From: a virus
Taxonomy: Duplodnaviria > Heunggongvirae > Uroviricota > Caudoviricetes
Length of the DNA: 30,375 bases
IMG/VR virus record: IMGVR_UViG_3300044613_002694
Location: 1-30,375 of that record
Direction: 5' to 3' (one strand)
The notes beneath the pieces were generated by a model that was not told where the DNA came from, did not search any database, and worked only from the letters and a program-made list of their open reading frames with translations. Within the stretch, counting starts at the first letter, position 1; the number at the start of each line of letters is the position of its first letter. This document shows, in pieces, positions 23,122-30,375 of this stretch. The translations under genes were made by a program, and so were the position numbers.

Positions 23122-23715
23122 ATGAAAGTAAGAGAAATTATACTAGAAGAAATAATTCAACCATCTACACAACCTGGAACTATGAGTTTATGGCATGGCG
23201 GCAACCTTGATGCAGTAGTGAAATATTCAACTGGCAGATCAGAATATGGTCCTGGATTATACCTGATTACTAACTATGAATCAGTTAAGAAATATGCTAA
23301 AGGTAGTAGAAAACTTTATATGATCACTATTGCCCAAGGTAGATCAGCAAACGAAGTTACTATTCCTTTACCAGATGTATTAAATTTTGTTAAATTATAT
23401 GTAGTAGCAGCTAAACGTAAAGATGTAACAGCAAGAATGACCAATCTTGCTAAAGATGGTAATAACATACTAGCAGAACATTTCATTAATGTTATTGTTA
23501 ATGAAGAGGCAATAAGACCAGGTAATAAAGCAGTTGAACGAGAATTCCTAGTTCAACATGGATGTGACTATCTAGTGGTTAATAATCCATTTGGCTGGGG
23601 TAATGCTACTATGATCGTATTATTCAATATGAATAAAATAGTTAATACTCAAGTGGTAAAACCAAAAGATACCATTGCACACTATGATTTACCAGCTGGA
23701 TTTGTACAAGGATAA
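23122..23715 (+). CDS. Second ADP-ribosyltransferase-like protein, putative internal head protein
   Basis: Start revised to MKVREIILEE (AGGA SD); LWHGG...YGPGLYLIT...KKYA. Confidence 0.55.
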   Translation: MKVREIILEEIIQPSTQPGTMSLWHGGNLDAVVKYSTGRSEYGPGLYLITNYESVKKYAKGSRKLYMITIAQGRSANEVTIPLPDVLNFVKLYVVAAKRKDVTARMTNLAKDGNNILAEHFINVIVNEEAIRPGNKAVEREFLVQHGCDYLVVNNPFGWGNATMIVLFNMNKIVNTQVVKPKDTIAHYDLPAGFVQG

Positions 23716-23719
23716 GTGA

Positions 23720-26700
23720 ATGAAGTTAAGACAATTATTTAATGAGGCATTGAATGACAACCAAAAGAAATATGTCGATGACCTTATAAAAAACATGGAA
23801 TATAACCCAGCACAATGGGATCATATATTTGGGAATGAATCACGTATATACCTACCTATGTCAGGTACTGCTGATCCAAGTCCAGAAGTTGTTAATACAT
23901 TAGCACTACTCGGCTATAAAATTCTAGATTATATTGCTGGTACTGCTATTAGTTCAACCCCAAGACAATATACTGCTAATGTTGTATTCGGACGTAATCC
24001 TGACATATATCAAGCATGGGAAAGTGATCCACATAGAACTGATCCAAAAGCATTGCCTAATAAATCTGTTATGGATGCATTGGCAACTATGCAATATGAT
24101 GTAATGGATTATGCTAAAGGAATCTTCGTCAAACCACCAAAACCTGAAAGTATTGGTAAAATCTTTGATGCATATAAAGTTGATAGAAGTATTGCTAATA
24201 AGTTTGAAGTAGAACATTCTGAAGATTTCAACACCAGTAATCAAGTAATTGTGATCACTCGTGACAAATACGAAGTAGCTGAAGTAAGTACCAATAAGAA
24301 ATGGAGTAGTTGTTTAAATCTTGGCGGTGGCTGGACTGGTCTTGATGAGTTGGGTAAAGCACAAGGTGAGAATGCCCAACCTGCGGTAAGGGATGTAGCA
24401 ATTGGATCTATCGCTGCCTATCTAGTTAAAAAAGATGATATGAATTTGGATGATCCTGTTGCACGTGTTTCAATGAAACCATTTATCAGTGATACCACCC
24501 ATCAGATTGCTTTAGGTGTGCATGATAAGGTATATGGTCGAGGTGCTGGCGTTCCAGCTGAATTCCGTGAAAAGGTTAAAGAATGGGCGGATGCTGTTAA
24601 TGCATCACAAGAATTAGATGGGTTATTTAGATTACATCCACATGCATATAATTACAATGAATTTTCATATCAAAATACAACCCAAACCCATGGTAATTAT
24701 GAAACCGATAAACAAACCTATAGTACATATCAAAATGCAGTAACCAAAGTTCCACCTGAGTTATTGACTATTGGTTATTTGAAAATGGTATTAGCAAATG
24801 ATCCAACCAACTATCCAACTGTGGTATCAAGAGCTCAAACTGCTAAAGCAGCAATGGAACTCACTAAAACTTTTATTAAGAATTCAGTAACGGGTGATAT
24901 CTCAACATTTCCACCGAGATTTATTGATGAGGCACCTAAAGAATTCTTTGAGCTGCTTACAGAAATATATCAAATAACACCTGGGGTTATTAATTTCCTT
25001 CCAGAGGGGTTATATGAAAATTATAGAACTGAGCTATTAAGATTTTATCAAATGATCGTGGACAAATATAATGATGGTTTAAGACATGTCATTAAAGGAT
25101 CTACTGATATTCAAGAATTGTATGATATTCTTAAATTAAAGGTTGGTACTAGTACATTGAATATAATTACTAGAAAGTTGATTAGAATGGCTGATCCAAG
25201 AGATGAATTAGTTGATAAGGATGCGTTCTTGACTATCTTATCAAATCCAAATTGTGATGCAGATACCATGAATAGAATTTTTGATTATGCTCAAGATGAA
25301 TACCAACATGGTAATTCAATGGATTTCTATAATAATCTTGATGATAAAATGCGAGTGGTTATTAAAAATCTTGCAACCGATATTAAGAATGCATCTAACT
25401 CAGACGAATTGGCTGATGTTGTTAATGCGGTTAATCGTTTGAATTCTATGTATACTATTGATCCAAAAATATATGGATTAATAGCTAACAATGAACATAT
25501 AAATGACCAGATTGTCATTAAACTAATGGCATCAGCTGATTCTGATGTAATATTTAATTTGATTAAAAATGACATCATACCAAACAGTATTTTGAGTGAT
25601 ATTGATTCATATACTAATTTAAGTGATGATAAGGTATGGGAAGCAGTACATAATTTATGGGTTAAACGTGTTAAAGAAGATCGAATAGATACTAGTGAGG
25701 TTGCTAAATTCTGTAAAGATCTATCGGTTATAAATTGGATGGTTAAATCTGATAAAATGAAAGGTAGTGATGCTGCGGGTGTCATTGTTAACATTTTAAA
25801 AGGTGAATATGCCGATTATGGTAAAAGTAGTGAAGATGAATGCTTATATACTATCTTAAAACATCACAAATTATCACCAAAGATTTTATTCTATATTAAA
25901 TCTAGGCTTCCTGAAAATTATTACATTGAAGATTCATACAAAATTGATAAACTAATTAGTAACATATTAACACATATCTGTGAAACTGGACCTGAGAGTG
26001 AACTACGAGATTTGGTGTATAACTATGATAGCGATGACTCCAATCTTACAAAGAAAATTATAGCAGCGGCTATCAAACATGATTCTATCAATGTGTTTCA
26101 TGATTTATATGTTAGACTTGATGATGTTTCCACTCTTGATAAAGTATTTCCAACAGTAATGGATAATCAAACAAATGCCAGATTCTCAGATCTTGAATAT
26201 ATTTACAGTAAAGGATCAGAAGAAGTAAAAGAATCAATTATTAAAAACTCGGTAATCAGAGTAAGGGATCTGCTTGATACTGACGGTGATGATGAACGCA
26301 TTAAAGAAATAAAACATAAAAGATTGTTGAATATGGCAAAACATAATAAAACACCTGTGATTGATACCCAATTATATAATGACATGGGTATATTACCACC
26401 TGATGTGTTTGTTGCATATGCTAAACGTATTAACTTGGCTGATGATATGATAGGTTTGACATATAGAACAACCGATAATCCAGAGCTGAGAAAAGCAATA
26501 AAAAAGAATTTTACTAGTACTGAACTACCATCTGAACTACCATCTGATGAACCCAACTCATCAACTGTTACTGATGTAATGAAGGCGTTACTTGCGAAAG
26601 GAAAAGAACAAGGTACTTTGACTAATGAAGAACTGGATGCCGCATTACAGAAAGTTGCACAGATCAGGGGTGAAGAATTTGATGATGAACAACGTGAAGA

Positions 26701-26743
26701 CATCATAACAATGCTAAATGATATGGGTATTCAAGTAGTTTGA
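23720..26743 (+). CDS. 1007-aa putative internal head protein with C-terminal sigma70 region 1.1 domain
   Basis: MKLRQLFNEA N-terminus; C-terminal KGKEQGTLTNEE...EQREDIITMLNDMGIQVV matches RpoD region 1.1. Confidence 0.75.
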   Translation: MKLRQLFNEALNDNQKKYVDDLIKNMEYNPAQWDHIFGNESRIYLPMSGTADPSPEVVNTLALLGYKILDYIAGTAISSTPRQYTANVVFGRNPDIYQAWESDPHRTDPKALPNKSVMDALATMQYDVMDYAKGIFVKPPKPESIGKIFDAYKVDRSIANKFEVEHSEDFNTSNQVIVITRDKYEVAEVSTNKKWSSCLNLGGGWTGLDELGKAQGENAQPAVRDVAIGSIAAYLVKKDDMNLDDPVARVSMKPFISDTTHQIALGVHDKVYGRGAGVPAEFREKVKEWADAVNASQELDGLFRLHPHAYNYNEFSYQNTTQTHGNYETDKQTYSTYQNAVTKVPPELLTIGYLKMVLANDPTNYPTVVSRAQTAKAAMELTKTFIKNSVTGDISTFPPRFIDEAPKEFFELLTEIYQITPGVINFLPEGLYENYRTELLRFYQMIVDKYNDGLRHVIKGSTDIQELYDILKLKVGTSTLNIITRKLIRMADPRDELVDKDAFLTILSNPNCDADTMNRIFDYAQDEYQHGNSMDFYNNLDDKMRVVIKNLATDIKNASNSDELADVVNAVNRLNSMYTIDPKIYGLIANNEHINDQIVIKLMASADSDVIFNLIKNDIIPNSILSDIDSYTNLSDDKVWEAVHNLWVKRVKEDRIDTSEVAKFCKDLSVINWMVKSDKMKGSDAAGVIVNILKGEYADYGKSSEDECLYTILKHHKLSPKILFYIKSRLPENYYIEDSYKIDKLISNILTHICETGPESELRDLVYNYDSDDSNLTKKIIAAAIKHDSINVFHDLYVRLDDVSTLDKVFPTVMDNQTNARFSDLEYIYSKGSEEVKESIIKNSVIRVRDLLDTDGDDERIKEIKHKRLLNMAKHNKTPVIDTQLYNDMGILPPDVFVAYAKRINLADDMIGLTYRTTDNPELRKAIKKNFTSTELPSELPSDEPNSSTVTDVMKALLAKGKEQGTLTNEELDAALQKVAQIRGEEFDDEQREDIITMLNDMGIQVV

Positions 26744-26768
26744 CAATAACGAAAGATCGTGATATAAT
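26740..26768 (+). promoter_or_regulatory. Perfect-consensus sigma70 promoter TTGACA-N17-TATAAT with TG extension
   Basis: TTGACA 26740-26745 (contains the stop TGA), TATAAT 26763-26768. Confidence 0.85.
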
Positions 26769-26794
26769 GTCCAAAAATAACAAAGGTGGATACA

Positions 26795-26977
26795 ATGGCA
26801 TATGATAAAAAAGCAATAGATGAGATGATTAATGAATCTCTTAACAATACAGATATGTTGAATTCTATTCCTCATTCTGATGTATCATCTGCACAAAAAC
26901 AAGAATCTTACAATAAAATTCTTAAATTGGCAGACAAGTTACATATTATAGCCAAGAAAGTTGAAAATAATGCGTGA
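26795..26977 (+). CDS. 60-aa hypothetical protein
   Basis: AAAGGTGGA SD; start revised to MAYDKKA. Confidence 0.7.
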   Translation: MAYDKKAIDEMINESLNNTDMLNSIPHSDVSSAQKQESYNKILKLADKLHIIAKKVENNA

Positions 26978-27287
26978 TTTAATTAATTTAATAGAGCAGT
27001 TGGATGAAATCACCGTATCTTCAACTGATGAATTTTTAGATAAAATTGTGAATCCTGATCTTGCACATGTGATATATGGTGTAATCAGTGATTACACCAT
27101 TATTACGGATGATTTCAAAAAACCCGCAATCCTTACATTTGACTCTAATCTTCTTCAAGAAATTTCTGAAATAGTGGTTGAAATTCATGATGAGGTGATA
27201 GAATCATATGGGAATGAAAGGCAGATAGTTAGGTTAACTACGTTTTTATATAATTATTTTATTAATGGTGAGACTTACAATGAATAA
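26970..27287 (+). CDS. Hypothetical protein with MRDLINLIE N-terminus
   Basis: ORF track; overlaps previous stop; N-terminus resembles the L/I-x-E motif of the 21.5-23.7 kb genes. Confidence 0.7.
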   Translation: MRDLINLIEQLDEITVSSTDEFLDKIVNPDLAHVIYGVISDYTIITDDFKKPAILTFDSNLLQEISEIVVEIHDEVIESYGNERQIVRLTTFLYNYFINGETYNE

Positions 27288-27777
27288 CATAACAATAGCA
27301 ATTGACGTTGATGATTGCGTAGCAGATTGGATGGGATATGCTAGAGAATTTTTCAATCATAAACTTCCAGAAGGTGAAAGATTGCCAGATGGTGAATGGA
27401 GCAAGTTGACTAATAATCAACGCATGTACCGTGACCTACCATTAAAAAATGGTGCAAATGAATTAGTAGAATGGTGTGAGAATTATTGTAATAAACACAA
27501 TGGTAAAATAGGATTTTTAACTGCAATACCACGTCAGAATAATTTTCCATATGCTATCCAAGATAAGGTGCATTGGTGCAATAAATATTTTCCTGGAATA
27601 GATGTGTTATTTGGACCATATTCATGGGACAAGGCTTCACATTGTAATGGTCATAATAGCATCTTAATTGATGATCGTAAATCTAACTGTGATGATTGGA
27701 TCGCGGCTGGTGGTCGAGCACATCAATATAAAAATTGGGAAGATTGTAAGGTATGGTTAGAGCAGGAATTATTGTAA
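27280..27777 (+). CDS. 5'(3')-deoxyribonucleotidase, HAD superfamily (NT5C-like)
   Basis: IAIDVDDCVADW motif I, FLTA motif II, LIDD motif IV. Confidence 0.85.
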   Translation: MNNITIAIDVDDCVADWMGYAREFFNHKLPEGERLPDGEWSKLTNNQRMYRDLPLKNGANELVEWCENYCNKHNGKIGFLTAIPRQNNFPYAIQDKVHWCNKYFPGIDVLFGPYSWDKASHCNGHNSILIDDRKSNCDDWIAAGGRAHQYKNWEDCKVWLEQELL

Positions 27778-27911
27778 TATTACTTGGGATAACTGGATGT
27801 ACGGTACATCCAGTTAGATATCAATATCATGATTATGTTGGTCCACCTGCACCTCCTGTGGTTATTCACGTTCATCCACATCGTCAACGTATTCATAGAC
27901 ATTTGCACTAA
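27753..27911 (+). CDS. 52-aa predicted lipoprotein MVRAGIIVILLGITG-CTVHPV...PPAPPVVIHVHPHRQRIHRHLH
   Basis: Hand translation; basic residue, hydrophobic core and ITGC lipobox; Pro/His-rich tail. Confidence 0.7.
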   Translation: MVRAGIIVILLGITGCTVHPVRYQYHDYVGPPAPPVVIHVHPHRQRIHRHLH

Positions 27912-27930
27912 CTTTAATAGGTAAAAAATA

Positions 27931-28602
27931 ATGGCAGCAGTTGTAAAATCAAACAAAACAGATACATTGGAAGATTATCATTTTTTCTCTTCTCCGATAT
28001 ACAAAATTAACAAACTTGAGTTTTTGGATACTGTAAAATCAGTTTCTGATGAGTCTGTTCAAGAATTAAAAAGTGAAATTGAACTAGATGAATTATATCC
28101 AGTATACATGTCACAAGACTTAACTATGGACCCACGAATGCAGGAATTTACAGAATATGTATTGACTACTGCATGGAATATACTTAATGCACAAGGGTAT
28201 GCAATGGAATTATATAACGTATATCCTTCTGCAATGTGGTTACAGGAACATCATAAATTATCAGGAATGGAACAACATGTCCATTCAGAAGGTTCGCAAT
28301 TAATTGCATTTTACTTTACTGAAGTTCCAGTTGATAGTTCTAAATTTATCATTCATGATCCAAGACCTGGTAAAGTACAATTAGATTTAATACAAAAAAA
28401 TAGAGTTGATCTTAATGAATCAAGCAAACTGGTAGTTATTACTCCTGAAGTAGGTGATCTTTTCTTTACTAATGCATATTTACCGCATTCATTTAGCAAA
28501 AATGCGTCTGACTCACCGGTAAAATTCATTCATATTAATATCGGTTCTGCAAGAAAACCACCAGAACAATGTGGTATTGATGGTAAACCAGAGATTATTT
28601 AA
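27931..28602 (+). CDS. 2OG-Fe(II) oxygenase (TIGR02466-like)
   Basis: MEQHVH, HDPRPG, PEVGDLFFTNAYLPHS motifs. Confidence 0.8.
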   Translation: MAAVVKSNKTDTLEDYHFFSSPIYKINKLEFLDTVKSVSDESVQELKSEIELDELYPVYMSQDLTMDPRMQEFTEYVLTTAWNILNAQGYAMELYNVYPSAMWLQEHHKLSGMEQHVHSEGSQLIAFYFTEVPVDSSKFIIHDPRPGKVQLDLIQKNRVDLNESSKLVVITPEVGDLFFTNAYLPHSFSKNASDSPVKFIHINIGSARKPPEQCGIDGKPEII

Positions 28603-28829
28603 TGAATCATTATTTGATACGTTTTAACAAATCTCGTGGGCAGCCAGGTAGAGGAACACTTGAACACGTATGGAGAGTTTTTGAAAATGACAAAGAATAT
28701 CTATTTAAACATGTTCAACTAAATGTTCCATCATATAGTGAACAAACTGGTGAAGATTGGAATATTGCATGTGAAGGTGTATTAGAAATTGACAGAATAA
28801 ACTCTATAGCAATAATTAACAAGGAATGA
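28602..28829 (+). CDS. 75-aa phage hypothetical protein
   Basis: ORF track; TAATG coupling; RFNKSRGQPGRGT...HVWRVFE. Confidence 0.8.
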   Translation: MNHYLIRFNKSRGQPGRGTLEHVWRVFENDKEYLFKHVQLNVPSYSEQTGEDWNIACEGVLEIDRINSIAIINKE

Positions 28830-28837
28830 TATAAATA
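28830..28837 (+). promoter_or_regulatory. T4-type late promoter TATAAATA
   Basis: Exact T4 late consensus 21 nt before a structural-type gene. Confidence 0.6.
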
Positions 28838-28858
28838 TGATATCAACAAGGAATAAGT

Positions 28859-29872
28859 ATGGCATTAAATGCTAGTGGAACAATAAGTATGGGTGGTCCA
28901 ACCGTAGGACAATCTATTGAATTGGAATTGGGTATGAGTGGTACTGCACAAGCCAGTTTGAATGATAGTAATTTTAGAGGTCTGGCAGGAATTGCGTCTG
29001 GGCAAATTAGTTTAAGTAATTTTTATGGTAAATCTTCTGGCCCAGCTACTGGAATATTTTATGGTGGGACTTCGGGTGTTTATATAAATACTGTTACTCG
29101 CATAAATGCGTGTGGATCATTAATCGGTTCAGAAAGTACTGTTGGTACTGCACGAGCTGGCTTAACTGGAGCATCGGTTGGGGCAAACGGGTTATTTTAT
29201 GGTGGGTTTTTGGGTGCTATTTTTAAAAACACTGTTACTCGTATAAATGCGTGTGGATCATTAGTTGGGGAAACAACAAATCCCACTGCCATATATATTG
29301 CTTATTCAGGTGGAGCAAATGTAGGTTCAAATGGATTATTTTATGGTGGAAATAATGCTAATAATCGCAATGCAGTCACTCGTATAAATGCATGTGGGTC
29401 TTGGGTCGGTACACAGGTGTTTCTTGGTACAGCAAGGACGCAGTTAGCTGGGGCCTTGGTCGGGTCAAATGGATTATTTTATGGTGGAAATCTAGTAACT
29501 CGTATAAATTCTTGTGCAGCAATGGTTGGTTCAGAAACTACTGTTGGGACAACATACAGAAGGAGACTAGGTGGTGCACCAGTCGGGTCAAATGGGTTAT
29601 TCTATGCTGGTTGTGACGGATGTAGTAATCTTGGAATAGTAACTCGTATAAATGAGTGTGGAGTATTAGTTGGTTCAGAACCAAGTGTTGGTACACCAAG
29701 AAGATTTATATCTGGCGCGAGGGTGGGGTCAAATGGTATGTTTTATGGGGGGGTAAATGATACTACTGGTACTAGCAACACTGTTACTCGTATAAATGCA
29801 TGTGGATCATTAGTTGGTTCAGAAACATCGGTTGGTACTATAAGAATAAGTTCTGGTGGTGCATCTATTTAA
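28859..29872 (+). CDS. Putative virion accessory/fibre protein with six kelch-like repeats
   Basis: N-terminal MALNASGTIS...ISLSNFYGKS module; six GxFYGG...VTRINxCG...VG repeats. Confidence 0.7.
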   Translation: MALNASGTISMGGPTVGQSIELELGMSGTAQASLNDSNFRGLAGIASGQISLSNFYGKSSGPATGIFYGGTSGVYINTVTRINACGSLIGSESTVGTARAGLTGASVGANGLFYGGFLGAIFKNTVTRINACGSLVGETTNPTAIYIAYSGGANVGSNGLFYGGNNANNRNAVTRINACGSWVGTQVFLGTARTQLAGALVGSNGLFYGGNLVTRINSCAAMVGSETTVGTTYRRRLGGAPVGSNGLFYAGCDGCSNLGIVTRINECGVLVGSEPSVGTPRRFISGARVGSNGMFYGGVNDTTGTSNTVTRINACGSLVGSETSVGTIRISSGGASI

Positions 29873-29892
29873 AAATATTATAAAGGGATATC

Positions 29893-30375
29893 ATGGGAAG
29901 ATTGAATCATAATGCAAATTACATCTTCGATGTAGAAGGGGAAACTGTATGGGAGAAGCTGAGAGTAATTAGAGGAATATTACTAGAACGCCAAACAGCA
30001 TTGGCTTTAGCTAAATTAAATATAGAATATATTGAAAACGGGGATAAAACCACGATTAAATATAAAAGATTTTTAATCGAACAACCTCAACAAATTAAAA
30101 CAATTAATAGTTGCGAAGAAGAAATTAAATTTTTACGAGAATACGAACAATTTCTAGCTACTGAAGCAGAAAAAACTAGAATTCCTGGTAAATCAGATGA
30201 TGAAATGTATGAAATTAATTTTTATGATGAATTAAAAATTAAACTAACTAGAAAAGCACAAGCTCAAATGATTTCTTACGGTAGGTTGCAAGATGATTTA
30301 ATGTATCGGTTATTAAAACATGAAGATGCATTAAAGTTATGTATCAGTGAAGGAATTTTATCACAGGAAGTATTA
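29893..30375 (+). CDS. Partial hypothetical protein (runs off right edge) MGRLNHNANYIFDVEGETVWEKLR...
   Basis: 161 open codons by hand translation; AAGGGA SD. Confidence 0.8.
   Translation, partial: MGRLNHNANYIFDVEGETVWEKLRVIRGILLERQTALALAKLNIEYIENGDKTTIKYKRFLIEQPQQIKTINSCEEEIKFLREYEQFLATEAEKTRIPGKSDDEMYEINFYDELKIKLTRKAQAQMISYGRLQDDLMYRLLKHEDALKLCISEGILSQEVL

Noticed and set aside
24270-24480. Family assignment for the STNKKWSSCL segment of the 1007-aa protein
   Set aside because: The motif looks conserved but I cannot name a family reliably without a profile search.
1290-26706. Minus-strand ORFs inside plus-strand genes (e.g. 1290-1514, 1870-2127, 4526-4708, 12483-12677, 18310-18621, 25327-25794, 26203-26706) and alternate-frame plus ORFs at 21673 and 29392
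   Set aside because: Antisense or alternate-frame shadows of better-supported genes, with no recognisable motifs.

Overview
AT-rich segment of a large, probably T4-like or jumbo, bacteriophage. It has host-type sigma70 promoters, one TATAAATA late-promoter motif, and no rRNA, tRNA or CRISPR. The dominant feature is an 18.9-kb gapless tandem array (2084-20962) of about 86 small genes, or 87 units by hand count. Most are 60-90 aa, and nearly all end in a WFxLRWS-like motif. The DNA for that motif (consensus TGGTTTATATTGAGGTGGTCATGA) is also the Shine-Dalgarno site and overlapping stop/start (ATGA) for the next gene. The array has one upstream promoter behind a terminator, a non-coding leader copy of the junction motif, and junctions that decay from the promoter-proximal to the distal end. 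It contains several interleaved subfamilies, chimeric and duplicated units, a fusion and pseudogenes, so it looks like a recombining cassette library of small proteins. Left of it are divergent promoters, a composite minisatellite (candidate origin), small genes and an HNH nuclease. Right of it are a promoter-driven ~550-nt ORF-free structured region and four genes with T4-like capsid-targeting N-termini. These four are two ADP-ribosyltransferase-like proteins, a zincin-like protein and a 1007-aa protein ending in a sigma70 region 1.1 domain. Further right are a deoxyribonucleotidase, a small lipoprotein, a 2OG-Fe(II) oxygenase and a kelch-like repeat protein. All counts are manual and no database searches were run.
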